Assembly: GCA_963664725.1 (NCBI GenBank)
Contig: OY761558.1
Span: 3,007,024-3,071,023, forward strand
Direction: 5' to 3'
From: Dehalococcoidia bacterium
GTDB lineage: Bacteria > Chloroflexota > Dehalococcoidia > Lucifugimonadales > UBA3495
DNA length: 64,000 nt
In this document: positions 1-9,020 of the stretch, piece after piece
Numbering within the stretch: the stretch's first letter is position 1
How the letters are laid out: every line of letters starts with the position of its first letter
The notes under the pieces: model-generated
Database searches by the model: none
The model's input: the letters and a program-made list of their open reading frames with translations, nothing else
Told to the model about the DNA's origin: nothing
Translations under genes and position numbers: made by a program

Positions 1-1011
1 CAGGACGCTGCGTTTGCCCAGCAGCCCCGGGCCGGCGGGATGGAGGTTCACCAGGGGGACCACGGGACGCACCTTGCTCACCTTGAACCGGGCCCCGGCC
101 GGGTGGTCGAAGTGGCGGTAGGCGGCGGCCACCCCGCCCAGCAGTTCCTCGGCCCGCTGGGGCCGGGTCGCCTCCGGCAGCACGGCGATGACCTGGAGCT
201 CGGCGTCGAAGGCGATGCGGGAGACCTTCTCCCGGATCAGCAGGGGATCGTGGACCCGCCGTCGGGCCTGCTTCCAGCGCCACCAGCCCCAGCCCGCCAC
301 GGCGGCGGCGGCCAGGGAACCGGAGGCCAGGAGCGCCGCCTTCAGGTACTCCTCTTCCTGGACCCACAGGTAGCCCCGCAGGGCGGCCAGCGCGCCCGCG
401 CCCAGGACGGCCATGGTCACCCCGTCCAGCTTCAGGGGGCCGGTCTGGTAGGTGTAGGCGGGCTCCCGGTTCTCCGGCACGGCTGCCCGGTGGGCGCGGG
501 CCTGGTGGGCCTGGGACCAGTCGGGACCCAGGGAGCGCAGCAGCAGGCGGCACAGCACCCGCTCCCCCTCCTCCAGCTCCGAGAGGGCGCCCATCAGGGC
601 GATGAGGGGGTCGGAGCCCGGGTCCAGCAGGTCGTCGTCCCGGAAGGTGCGCAGGGGCACGTACTCGGGGCCGTCGGCCCGCAGCGTCATGTCCCACGCC
701 TGTTCGCCCTGGTGGACGAAGATGGGGTCCTGGTCCACGGGCACCTGCCGGATGCGGGCCTGGGGGTAGTGGGCGGAGAGCTGGCCCCGGACCACCTGGT
801 CGTCCTGGCAGCGGGCCAGCAGGGTCACGCCGTCCACGTCGGCGGCCAGTTCCAGGGAGAAGGGTTCGGGAACGGCGACGGACTGGAGCAGGTTCTCCAC
901 GCCCAGCATGGTGCGCTCGCCGGTGCGGGGCGGCGTCACCGCCAGCAGCACCGGGGCGCTGGGCTGGCGGTTGCCGAAGAGGATTTTGCCGGGGTTCAGT
1001 TGCAAATTCAT
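1..1011 (-). CDS. 5' part of a gene that runs off the left window edge (absent from the ORF track). Membrane protein at the distal end of the T4SS operon, possibly the N-terminal region of a coupling-protein-like ATPase.
   Basis: Own translation of the minus strand. ATG at 1011..1009 has GGAAGGA a few nt upstream, and the frame stays open to position 1: MNLQLNPGKILFGNRQPSAPVLLAVTPPRTGERTMLGVENLL... Two hydrophobic segments are present (VTMAVLGAGALAALRGYLW, LLASGSLAAAAVAGWGWWRW). The listed + ORF 40..1107 is its antisense shadow. The function is guessed from position after virB4. Confidence 0.55.
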   Translation of the reverse strand, partial: MNLQLNPGKILFGNRQPSAPVLLAVTPPRTGERTMLGVENLLQSVAVPEPFSLELAADVDGVTLLARCQDDQVVRGQLSAHYPQARIRQVPVDQDPIFVHQGEQAWDMTLRADGPEYVPLRTFRDDDLLDPGSDPLIALMGALSELEEGERVLCRLLLRSLGPDWSQAHQARAHRAAVPENREPAYTYQTGPLKLDGVTMAVLGAGALAALRGYLWVQEEEYLKAALLASGSLAAAAVAGWGWWRWKQARRRVHDPLLIREKVSRIAFDAELQVIAVLPEATRPQRAEELLGGVAAAYRHFDHPAGARFKVSKVRPVVPLVNLHPAGPGLLGKRSVL

Positions 1012-1075
1012 ATCGTCCTTCCTTTATATTGTTATGCGTGTTGGTGTTGGGAACGGAATTGCTCGCCCCTACCGG

Positions 1076-3328
1076 CTAGTGCCTGGGCCCGGGCCGCCAC
1101 TCGATGACCTCGGTCTCCTCGGGCGTGGCCTCGATGCGGACGGGAAAGCGGTTGCCCCTCGCCAGCAATAGGCCATCTCCGCGCGGGCAGGACAGCAGCC
1201 AGCGTTGCAGCTCTTCCGGCAGGTCGAAAGCCTCGCCCACGGTGCTGACGGCGGCGGCGTCCTGCTGGAGCAGCAGCTTGAAGGCGGCGTTCTGCAACAG
1301 GGCACGACCGGAGTGTCCGGTGATGGCCCTTGAAGAGTCCTCGCTGAGCAGGTCCTGCACGTCCTGGGTGATGAACTGCAAGCCCAGGCGGTGCTTCCTG
1401 GCCCGCTTCGCCATCGAGACCATGAAGGCCGCGCCCTCGGGGTGCTGCATGATGCTCCACACCTCGTCCACCACCAGCAGGCGGGGCCGGGGGTCCTGGG
1501 CGGCGGCGGCCCACACCGTCTCGGTGCAGACCATTGCCGCCGCCGGTCTCAGTTCCGGTTCCAAGAGGTGCAGGTCGAAGACGGTGACCAGGGCCTCACG
1601 GGCCAGCAGGTCGTCGCCCTCGTCGGAGAGCAGGTCCCGCAGGCTGCCGGTGGCGAAGGGACGCAGCAGGTGGGCGATCTCCGGCGTCTCCCCTTCCAGG
1701 TAGGCGTAGAAATCGCGGAATCCGGTGCGCTCCCTTCTCTCGGAGTAGTAGCCGGCCAAGGCGTGGTCCAGGGAGGAACGGCGCTCGGCGGACAGCCTCT
1801 CCCCCACCATCACCTCGATGAGGCGGCGCAGGCTGCCGATGCGCTGCAACAGTTCCTCGCTGTCGCCCCGGTCGATGACAAAGGGGTTCATGCCCTGGCC
1901 GGGGACGCCGGGGGACAGGACCCGCCCTCCGGCGGCTCTCGCCATGTCGGTGTACTCGCCCTCGGGGTCGATGATGTAGGCCCGCACGCCCCGGCACAGG
2001 CCCCGCAGCACGCCCAGCTTGGTGGCGAAACTCTTGCCGCTGCCGGAACGGGCCAACACCGCGGTGTTGGCATTGAGGTGGGTGCCGTCAAAAGGGTCGT
2101 AGACGATGGGAGCGCAGGCCCGCAGGTCGATGCCGTAGAGGGTGCCGCTCCTGGTGTCCAGGTCCGGCGGGGAGAAGGGGAACAGTCTCGCCAATGACGA
2201 CGTATCCAAAGTCCGCCACACCGCCACGGCGTTCAGGCCCAGGGGCAGGGTGGACAGCAGGCCCTCACGCTGGCGGAAGGCCAGGTTGTCCAGCTTGCCC
2301 AGGGTGGCGGCGAAGTGGGCCCGGGCCTTCTGCGTCAGGTCCTTGAGGGTGTCCTGGTCCCCGGCGTGGAGGGTGACGGACAGGGAGGCGTGAAAGAGCC
2401 GCTCCCGGCCCCGCTGCACCTCGTCCCTGAGCCTGGAAACGTCCTCCAGTGCGATCTCCGCCTCGGGGGACATGGAGCGACCTCGCTTGAAGGACAGGCT
2501 CTGGGCCGACTCGAACCTCACCTTCTGCCACTCCAGGGTGCGGGCCGCCTGGTCCGTGGGGATGGCGCCCAGATGCACCGACAGGTCCATGGGCGCTCCG
2601 GCGGCCATCAACCCCTGCAGGAAGCCGGGGACCAGGGAGCGGGGCCACTTGCCCAGGTGCAACGAGCGGACCAGCCGGTCGCCGATGCGGATGTCCCGGC
2701 GGTTGACCTCCACGTCCATCTCGGCGTCGTCGTCGCGGTCCTGGGGCGAGCCGCCCAGGGCGCAGGCCAGGAGCAGCAGCTTGAGAGAGTTGCCGTTCAG
2801 GGGAAAAACCCCGAGACCGGCCCGCACCAGCAGGGAGCGCAGCTCGTCGGCCCGGGCGTGCTCGCACACGGCGTAGAAGCGCCGGTCCAGGATGCCCTCC
2901 CGGTTTTCAAGGGTGGTCAAGAGCCGCCCCAGGCTGTCGGCGGCGTCCCTGGTCTGTTGGGGCAGGTCCTCGGGCTGAGCCTCGGTCAACCTGTCCCTCA
3001 ATGCCTGCAACACCGGCGGGTGTTGGCGCACCAGCAGTTGCACCGGGAAGTCCACGGCGTTCAGGGAACCGGCGAAGGCGCCCAGCTTGGGCTCGTCCAG
3101 CTCCAGCCCCATCACCTCCATGACCGCCAGCTTCACACCGTCCAGGCGCACCGGGCCGTCCTCCTCCAGGTGGGACAGCATGAAGAACAGGGGCAACGGG
3201 GGCGGGGGCTTGGGTTCGACGGCGGGTTCCTCCCCGCCGTCGAACTCCTGGGGCTGGGACCGGCCCGGCGGCCACCGCCGGGCCAGGTCCCTCAGGTTGC
3301 TGGGGTTGGGTAACGTCAATCTCACCAT
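1076..3328 (-). CDS. virB4: VirB4/TrsE-family type IV secretion ATPase
   Basis: 750-aa ORF with ATG at 3328 and an AAAGGAG RBS. Walker A is ARSGSGKSFATK and Walker B is LLVVDEVWSIM. Size and layout match conjugation VirB4/TraE ATPases. It is embedded in an operon of small membrane proteins. Confidence 0.88.
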   Translation of the reverse strand: MVRLTLPNPSNLRDLARRWPPGRSQPQEFDGGEEPAVEPKPPPPLPLFFMLSHLEEDGPVRLDGVKLAVMEVMGLELDEPKLGAFAGSLNAVDFPVQLLVRQHPPVLQALRDRLTEAQPEDLPQQTRDAADSLGRLLTTLENREGILDRRFYAVCEHARADELRSLLVRAGLGVFPLNGNSLKLLLLACALGGSPQDRDDDAEMDVEVNRRDIRIGDRLVRSLHLGKWPRSLVPGFLQGLMAAGAPMDLSVHLGAIPTDQAARTLEWQKVRFESAQSLSFKRGRSMSPEAEIALEDVSRLRDEVQRGRERLFHASLSVTLHAGDQDTLKDLTQKARAHFAATLGKLDNLAFRQREGLLSTLPLGLNAVAVWRTLDTSSLARLFPFSPPDLDTRSGTLYGIDLRACAPIVYDPFDGTHLNANTAVLARSGSGKSFATKLGVLRGLCRGVRAYIIDPEGEYTDMARAAGGRVLSPGVPGQGMNPFVIDRGDSEELLQRIGSLRRLIEVMVGERLSAERRSSLDHALAGYYSERRERTGFRDFYAYLEGETPEIAHLLRPFATGSLRDLLSDEGDDLLAREALVTVFDLHLLEPELRPAAAMVCTETVWAAAAQDPRPRLLVVDEVWSIMQHPEGAAFMVSMAKRARKHRLGLQFITQDVQDLLSEDSSRAITGHSGRALLQNAAFKLLLQQDAAAVSTVGEAFDLPEELQRWLLSCPRGDGLLLARGNRFPVRIEATPEETEVIEWRPGPRH

Positions 3329-3347
3329 TCAAAACTCCTTTCTGGTT

Positions 3348-3677
3348 TTAGATTTCGGGCAGGACCTCGATGATCCTGCCGACGATGCCGGCAGCGATGC
3401 CCTTGGCCAGCAGCACCACCACCAGGCCGACGATGGCCATGAAGACGGCGCTCCTGGCCTTGCCCCGGTTCTCCCCCTCGGCGCCCTCGGCCATCAGCAG
3501 GAACCCGGCCCACACGATGGCGAAGAAGCACAGCCCCGCCCCCAGGTAGGCCATGCCGGTGAGCGCCGCGTCGAAGGCGGCGGTCAGGTTGTCCATCTCG
3601 TCCTGCCTCGAGGTGGCGGCGATGGACGCCAACGCCGCCACACCCGACAGCAGGAAGGGGGTCAGCCGCCGGGCCAT
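3348..3677 (-). CDS. Small two-TM membrane protein, VirB2/TrbC-like pilin candidate
   Basis: Internal ATG at 3677 of the 326-aa track ORF gives 109 aa: MARRLTPFLLSGVAALASIAA... It has a signal-like N-terminus followed by two hydrophobic helices separated by a charged loop (EGAEGENRGKARS). It overlaps the stop of the upstream gene, which suggests translational coupling. Confidence 0.6.
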   Translation of the reverse strand: MARRLTPFLLSGVAALASIAATSRQDEMDNLTAAFDAALTGMAYLGAGLCFFAIVWAGFLLMAEGAEGENRGKARSAVFMAIVGLVVVLLAKGIAAGIVGRIIEVLPEI

Positions 3678-5308
3678 AGCCAGCTCCACCAGTTGGAACC
3701 GCCCACCGGCGTCTGCTCCGCCTTCGGCGGCTCCGGGGTGGGCGGCGGCACGTACAGGGCCCGGTAGGGGGCGTCGGCGCCCAGCCCGGTTGTCACCGGC
3801 TGCGCCGTACCAGACACGAGGGGCACGGTCTCGGACCTGGTGCGGGTGACGGGACCGCGCTGGTGCTCCGTCGCCCGCACGTGCTCCGGGTGGTGGACGT
3901 AGATGCGCACCGTCTTGACCGTGGTGCTTTCCCCGCAGCGGCAGGTCACCCGGCGGGTGTACACGTCGGTGCGGGCCGGGTGGTGGACGGTCTGCAACAT
4001 GGGCGGACGGGGGACGTTCAGCGTCGCCGTCAGTTCCGCCGTGATTTCCAGCTCTTCGGTGGCCCGCGCGTTGGCGACGGGCAGGGTGAAGGCGGTCTCG
4101 CCGTCGGCGACAAAGGTTGCCGTGGCGGAGTGGCCGCCCCACTCGACGCCGACCGTTCCCGTGATGCCGGTTACGTCGGCGTCCAGCATTGCCGGGACCG
4201 ACTGGCTGAAGTGGCCGCCGTAGACCGGCAGGTCCTCCTCGTGGCGGGTCTCGGCGACGCACTGCGAGGCGACGACGCCCCTGATGCTGCCGGGCGTCCA
4301 CTCCAGGGCGGTGACCTCCAGGTCGCACAGCTCTCCGTCAACGGACGGCAGGGGGTAGGGGATCTGGTGGTTCTTCAATGACGTGGCTCCGCTGCGGCCC
4401 AACGCGTCCTGCCAGGAGAAGGTGGAGGACGGCGACGGGCCGTCCAGGGTCAGGTTGTAGCTCTTGCTATGGCCCGCCGTGAGGCTGGTGTTGAAGCCCA
4501 TCTTCAGGGTCCTGCCCGACCTGCCGCCGAAGACCCGGCCCTTCAGGTCCAGGTCGTGGGCGGCGCGCAGGGTGACGGCGGCGGTGTCGCCGGAGACGGC
4601 CAGCCGCTCCACGTAGACGCGGCGGCCCGGCACCGGGTCCGGCGGCTCAAAGTAGATTTCGCCCAGCCGCCAGGCGTCGCCGTAGGGGTTGTCGTCCGGG
4701 TCGTCGGCCAGGGCGCTGCTGGGCAGCAGGACCACCGTCAGCAGCGCCAGGATGCCCACCGGCAGGAAGCGACTCCAGGGCCGACCCCGTGTCTGACGCG
4801 GGGTCTTCTCCTGCTGGCTCTCCTGGGGCCGGTACTGCTGGTTGCCCGCGTCCTTGCGGCGGCCCCGCCCGAACCAGCTGTGGGGCCGGAAGGGACGGCG
4901 GCCCTTCCGCCTCACCGCCTTCACCGCCCGGCCCACGCCGGAGGCGGCCTTCTTCGCCAGCAGCCGCAGGGGGTCGGGCCTGGCCTCGGGCTGGGGCGGC
5001 GGCTCGCTGGCGGCGAGCTGGGTGGGTGAGCCGACATAGCGCCGGGCCCCCAGCTTGAACTTGAGCAGGTCGGCGGCCACCAGGGGCAGCCCCCGGCCGC
5101 CCACCTTGCCCACGGTCATGGCGATGCCGATGATGCCCAGGACGATGGCGAAGGCCAGCTTCAGCCCCGTGGGGCCGAAGGGGAAGTAGCGGTAGACGCC
5201 GTAGGCCACGGCGCAGGTCGCCACCACCGCCACGATCTGGGGGAAGGTGAACCACAGCAGGGCCTTGTCCTCGGCCTGCACGTGGGTGGGTACTTCATGC
5301 TCTCTCAT
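3662..5308 (-). CDS. PrgI/VirB3-like membrane protein fused to a large extracytoplasmic domain
   Basis: The N-terminus EDKALLWFTFPQIVAVVATCAVAYGVYRYFPFGPTGLKLAFAIVLGIIGIAMTV matches the two-TM PrgI/VirB3-type module of Gram-positive-type T4SS. A third TM segment and a ~330-aa beta-rich domain follow. ATG 5308 is preferred over the track GTG 5314 because AGGAGG lies 8 nt upstream of it. Confidence 0.7.
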   Translation of the reverse strand: MREHEVPTHVQAEDKALLWFTFPQIVAVVATCAVAYGVYRYFPFGPTGLKLAFAIVLGIIGIAMTVGKVGGRGLPLVAADLLKFKLGARRYVGSPTQLAASEPPPQPEARPDPLRLLAKKAASGVGRAVKAVRRKGRRPFRPHSWFGRGRRKDAGNQQYRPQESQQEKTPRQTRGRPWSRFLPVGILALLTVVLLPSSALADDPDDNPYGDAWRLGEIYFEPPDPVPGRRVYVERLAVSGDTAAVTLRAAHDLDLKGRVFGGRSGRTLKMGFNTSLTAGHSKSYNLTLDGPSPSSTFSWQDALGRSGATSLKNHQIPYPLPSVDGELCDLEVTALEWTPGSIRGVVASQCVAETRHEEDLPVYGGHFSQSVPAMLDADVTGITGTVGVEWGGHSATATFVADGETAFTLPVANARATEELEITAELTATLNVPRPPMLQTVHHPARTDVYTRRVTCRCGESTTVKTVRIYVHHPEHVRATEHQRGPVTRTRSETVPLVSGTAQPVTTGLGADAPYRALYVPPPTPEPPKAEQTPVGGSNWWSWLWPGG

Positions 5309-5320
5309 GTTCACCTCCTC

Positions 5321-5629
5321 CTAGCCGCCGCCGCCGGTGGTGTCCCCACCACCGCCGCCGCTGTTGCCGGGGTCGGGCACGTCCAGGTCCACCGGGCTGC
5401 CCACCACGGCGTTGATCACCAGTTCCACCACGCCGTAGGCCACCAGGGCCAGCACGATGCCGGCCAGGGCGGTCATCATGGCCGTCTTGCCCCGTTCCAT
5501 CTGGTTGGGCGCGCCCGAGGCGGTCAGGTACAGGTAGGCGCCGTAGATGAAGTAGCCGACGCCCACGACCCCCACCAGCCCCAGGAGGATGCCCACCAGG
5601 TTCGATATGGTCTGTGTCAGGTCGTCCAT
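5321..5629 (-). CDS. VirB2/TrbC-like pilin candidate (second copy)
   Basis: 102 aa, with ATG at 5629 and an AAGGAGA RBS. Two hydrophobic helices are separated by the loop ASGAPNQMERGKT, and the tail is Gly-rich. The layout parallels 3348..3677. Confidence 0.62.
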   Translation of the reverse strand: MDDLTQTISNLVGILLGLVGVVGVGYFIYGAYLYLTASGAPNQMERGKTAMMTALAGIVLALVAYGVVELVINAVVGSPVDLDVPDPGNSGGGGGDTTGGGG

Positions 5630-5784
5630 AAAGTCTTTCTCCTTTTCGCTTGCTCGGTGGTTGAGTTGCTATCGTTCGGACTGATTCCTCACCTCTACTG
5701 GCACATGGCGCACCTCCAGAATGGCCGGACGGAGCGGACCGGTTCCGCTCCGCTGCTGGTCGTGGTTGTCGCAATTGCCGGTCG

Positions 5785-6762
5785 CTACGGCCCTTGACTG
5801 CGGGGAGTGGGACCGCTCTGACCGGTTGGGGTCGAGTTCTGCGCCGCCGAGTTCACCGCGTTGGCGGCGGTGTTGGCGGTCGTAGTTGTCGCCGCGGCAG
5901 CCGCTCCCGCTCCCACTCCCACGGGACCCCCGGCGGCTCCCCCGGCGATCAGCCCGATGGAGCGGGCGGAGCGCATCATGGAGCCGGGCAGGGACATGCC
6001 GAAGTAGAGGGTGTGGAGCCAGGCGTCGAAGGTGCCCTGCTGCCCCAGCATCGAGGGGACCCGGGTGGCCAGGTACATGAAGGCGATGGCCAGCAGCAGC
6101 TTCCAGACCAGGTCCTGCACCGGCTCGAACTGGCCGATGGCGGCGAACTCCCCCAGGAAGGCGAAGCCCAGGGCCACGGCGACGAGCTGCACCGCCTGCT
6201 GGAACACCGTGGTCATGAACATCCGCAGCCAGTGGCGGCCCCAGTTGGCGGTGTGGGGCAGGATCCACAGCCCCAGGGCGATGGGGGCCAGCGCCAGCAG
6301 GATGTCGATGAGGGCCAGGCGCAGGATCATCTGCACCAGCAGGTAGAGCAGGATGCAGCCGAAGACCAGGTAGAGCAGGGCGATGAAGATGGCCACCCCC
6401 ACCTCGCCGGTCTCCACGGCGGCTAGGAGCGCGAACAGGGGCGCCCGCAGCAGGTCGCCGGGGGTGACGCTCAGGGTGGCGGCGATGAACTGGGAAACGG
6501 CGTGGGCCACGTCGATGACCAGGGCGCACCACCACAAAGACGACGCGGCGGCCACCAGGCCCAGCACCAGCCGGGGCACCATCTCCCGCCAGCCCGATTG
6601 GTGCCTGCCGAGATGCTCCTGGACGATGAAGCTCAGGCCCATCCAGCCCAGGATCACGGTCAGGGCGGCGGTGGTGACGGCCCAGACCGCCCACCACGCA
6701 GCCTGCACGAAGGGGTGCAGGTAGGTGAGGTTTGGAGGGGTTCCGGTGAGGATGTCTCCCAT
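5785..6762 (-). CDS. VirB6/TrbL-like polytopic membrane protein
   Basis: Internal ATG at 6762 with a GGGGAGGG RBS, inside the 542-aa track ORF. About 6 hydrophobic helices are present (e.g. GVAIFIALLYLVFGCILLYLLVQMILRLALIDILLALAPIALGLWIL), and the tail is low-complexity Ala/Thr/Gly. The N-terminal 216 aa of the track ORF is Arg/Pro-rich junk that overlaps the next gene. Confidence 0.7.
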   Translation of the reverse strand: MGDILTGTPPNLTYLHPFVQAAWWAVWAVTTAALTVILGWMGLSFIVQEHLGRHQSGWREMVPRLVLGLVAAASSLWWCALVIDVAHAVSQFIAATLSVTPGDLLRAPLFALLAAVETGEVGVAIFIALLYLVFGCILLYLLVQMILRLALIDILLALAPIALGLWILPHTANWGRHWLRMFMTTVFQQAVQLVAVALGFAFLGEFAAIGQFEPVQDLVWKLLLAIAFMYLATRVPSMLGQQGTFDAWLHTLYFGMSLPGSMMRSARSIGLIAGGAAGGPVGVGAGAAAAATTTTANTAANAVNSAAQNSTPTGQSGPTPRSQGP

Positions 6763-6767
6763 ACTGG

Positions 6768-7379
6768 CTACCCTCCCCCGCAGTCGTCGATGTCCGTCTG
6801 GAACACTCCCTGAAACACGCCGCACAGGGTCCCGTGAACTCCCTGGATCACCCACTTGGCGGCGGCCCGCGCCCAGCGGTCCGGGTCCAGGGCGCCCAGC
6901 ACCCGGTCCCACAGACCCTTGGGCTGGTGGACGGGAATCAGGGCGTAGAAGACGTGGCGCTCGCCGCCGCCCTGGCGGGGCACGGCCAGCATCAGCAGGA
7001 GGGGCTGTTCGGGGTGGAGCTCGGGCTGCTCGCCCAGGGCCGGGTACTCGAAGGTGTATTCCCAGCCCTCGGCCAGGCGCTTCTCGCCGCCGCGGACCTG
7101 GTAGGTGTTGGTCAGCCAGTCGCCGGTGTCCGGGTGGCGGATGGCGTAGTGGAGGACACTGACCTGGCGGCTGAAGATGGGGCGGGCCACGAAGTCGCCG
7201 TCCTTCTTGCGCTCCACCAGCTGCCGGTCGCGGTTGACCAGGCTGACGTCGTCGGAGGGGGGAGGGGATTGGGCCAGGGCCAGGCCGCTGGCGGGGATGG
7301 CGGCGATGGCGGTAAGCAGCAGCGCCGCCGTGAGCAGCGCGGCCCGGCGCCGGACCCTGGGTCTGAGTTGGAGCGTCAT
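6768..7379 (-). CDS. Secreted protein of unknown function, first gene of the T4SS operon
   Basis: MTLQLRPRVRRRAALLTAALLLTAIAAIPASGLALAQ is an RR-containing signal peptide. The body is globular. ATG 7379 is preferred over the track GTG 7388 on the spacing to GAGAGG. Confidence 0.65.
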   Translation of the reverse strand: MTLQLRPRVRRRAALLTAALLLTAIAAIPASGLALAQSPPPSDDVSLVNRDRQLVERKKDGDFVARPIFSRQVSVLHYAIRHPDTGDWLTNTYQVRGGEKRLAEGWEYTFEYPALGEQPELHPEQPLLLMLAVPRQGGGERHVFYALIPVHQPKGLWDRVLGALDPDRWARAAAKWVIQGVHGTLCGVFQGVFQTDIDDCGGG

Positions 7380-7716
7380 CTCGTTCACCTCTCTGGGTTC
7401 TGCTGCGCCTCAAGGGGCCGCAGCGCCGCCGGAAAGTGTGGACAAAATCGGCTCCGGAAAAGACCCCTTATGGGGGGCCGCATCCGTGCGGGGTCTTACA
7501 GGGCCTCTTTTTTTCCGGCGCCGTCTTGCATCATTGGGGGTGTACAGGAATTTGGTTTTCGTGGTGATGCGGAAAAGAGGGCCGTCTCAAAGCTGAAACA
7601 GGCACGAATCGGGCCTGAATTCGCCCCCAACCCGTTAACACTTTGGTGAAAGGCCCCAGTCCGGCGGCCCGTGGCAAAACCGGGTTGGGGGGCCAACAAA
7701 AAAATCGAACGCCCCG

Positions 7717-7730
7717 GCGCGAATTCGCGC
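7717..7730. promoter_or_regulatory. Perfect 14-bp palindrome GCGCGAATTCGCGC in the divergent intergenic region
   Basis: Read directly from the sequence. It lies between the T4SS operon start (7379) and gene 7920..8780. Its role as an operator is only a guess. Confidence 0.25.
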
Positions 7731-7800
7731 ATTTCTCCCTATAGGGGTCGGCATGAAACGGCCCGTGTCGGGCCGGGCCGGGCCGGGAGTCCTGGCGAGG

Positions 7801-7891
7801 ATGGCCGGGGTCGATGGCCGGGGTCGATGGCCGGAGCCGATGGCCGGGGTCGATGGCCGGGGTCGATGGTCGGGGTGTATGGCCGGGGTGA
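7801..7891. repeat. Tandem direct repeat, 7 copies of a 13-bp unit ATGGCCGGGGTCG
   Basis: ATGGCCGGGGTCG occurs at 7801, 7814, 7827 (variant GGAGCCG), 7840 and 7853, and as degenerate copies at 7866 and 7879. The array ends 28 nt before ATG 7920. The 13-bp period is not a codon multiple. Confidence 0.9.
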
Positions 7892-7919
7892 AGGTGTCCG
7901 GCGACAAAGAGGAGAGATC

Positions 7920-8780
7920 ATGGAAAAGGAACCGGGCGGCATCGACGGCAGCAGGAGCGTGCGGGACATGCACCACCTGCGGCTGATGGCGCTGTTGCAG
8001 GAGCAGGTGCGGAACCACGGGCGAAGGCGGGCGGCGGAGAAGCTGGGAGTGGACCGCCGGACATTGGACGCCGCCCTGGACCAGGGGGCGCTGAACCGGC
8101 GCATCCGGGGGGCTTTGGAGCGGGCGCTGCAGTCCGGGGCAGGCTCCGCCGCCGCGAAGCAGCGGGACCGCAACCAGGTGCTGGAGGACCGGCTGGGGGA
8201 CCTGGAGGGCGTGGTGGAGGAGCAGGGCCGGGAACTGCGCGCCGGGCGCCGGGCCGCCGAGGACGAGATCAGGAAGCTGCGGGAGGAGCAGGCCCAGGCA
8301 TTTCGCCAGGTGGAACGGGCGCTGGCCGGGCTGGACGCTGGGGGTAATTCAGCGGGAGAGGCGCACCGACAGACGCAGGGACCGGCGTCCGTATCGCCAA
8401 CCGGCGGCAGGCAGTCCCCGCCCAGGCGGGAATACCCTGAACTGGTGACCCTGGATACCGCCGTAGACGACCCGGACGTATTCGGCGACGCCTGGGAATT
8501 GATCCAGGAATGGCGGGAATTGAAGGAGACCCACCCTAACGCGGGCCGGGGGCTGGACTGGCTGCTGACGGAGGAACGGTTCCTGGCGGTGGAGCTGGCC
8601 CTTTTGGAGGATCACGGCCTGACCCTGCCCCCGGCCCGTTTTCCCCTGCGGGGCTTCGACCGCAGCGGCCAGACGGGCTGGCGCCGCAAGGCCCTGGAGG
8701 ACACCCGGCGCAAGCTGCGCCGGCGGATGCTCCCGGCTTGGGTCCGGCGGTTGCTCACCCTCGAACGGTGGCGGAAATAG
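7920..8780 (+). CDS. HTH plus coiled-coil protein, putative regulator of the conjugative module
   Basis: ATG at 7920 follows AAAGAGGAGAG. AAEKLGVDRRTLDAALDQG resembles an HTH. A long Glu/Arg/Leu coiled-coil segment is present (LEDRLGDLEGVVEEQGRELRAGRRAAEDEIRKLREEQAQ). The track ORF start at 7671 would translate the 13-bp repeats and is rejected. Confidence 0.65.
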   Translation: MEKEPGGIDGSRSVRDMHHLRLMALLQEQVRNHGRRRAAEKLGVDRRTLDAALDQGALNRRIRGALERALQSGAGSAAAKQRDRNQVLEDRLGDLEGVVEEQGRELRAGRRAAEDEIRKLREEQAQAFRQVERALAGLDAGGNSAGEAHRQTQGPASVSPTGGRQSPPRREYPELVTLDTAVDDPDVFGDAWELIQEWRELKETHPNAGRGLDWLLTEERFLAVELALLEDHGLTLPPARFPLRGFDRSGQTGWRRKALEDTRRKLRRRMLPAWVRRLLTLERWRK

Positions 8781-9020
8781 AACGATGGCGGGAATAGAAG
8801 GGCTGGATGCAGGGGTTCCGGTCAACAGTTTGGGCGGAATCTCCGGGGGGTGTTGGAAGGGGTCTTTTCCCGCCCCGGCGCCTGTGATAATGGCCGTGTT
8901 GTCTGGATTTGCCAGGATTTCCAGCCATAGAAATCCTGGGGGCACGATTCCCTGTTGCCCGGGTTGACCGTAGGTATGATTCGCTCTCCCGAAAGTCCCC
9001 AAGAGGGAAGGCTGCCGCCG

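Noticed and set aside
40-1107. 355-aa + strand ORF at the left edge (and 188..373, 908..1171).
   Set aside because: It is a Gly/Ala/Pro/His-rich antisense shadow typical of high-G+C DNA. The minus strand carries a well-behaved gene with an RBS (1..1011) that continues the T4SS operon.
1391-3313. Several 130-330-aa ORFs overlapping virB4 on both strands (1391..2197, 2315..3313, 2265..2867, 1596..1997 and others).
   Set aside because: They are low-complexity Arg/Pro/Gly/Ala translations with no RBS, and they lie entirely inside a gene with clear Walker motifs.
3678-4328. N-terminal 217 aa of the 326-aa ORF 3348..4328.
   Set aside because: It is Arg/Pro/Gly junk overlapping the PrgI-like gene in another frame. 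Only the last 109 aa, from ATG 3677, look like a real membrane protein.
6763-7413. N-terminal extension of the 542-aa ORF 5785..7413.
   Set aside because: It is an Arg/Pro-rich shadow overlapping the signal-peptide gene 6768..7379. An internal ATG at 6762 with a GGGGAGGG RBS gives a clean VirB6-like protein.
7671-7919. Long start for ORF 7671..8780, which would encode a repeated GRGRWPGSM peptide.
   Set aside because: The peptide repeat is merely the translation of a 13-bp (non-codon-multiple) DNA repeat. A strong RBS precedes ATG 7920.
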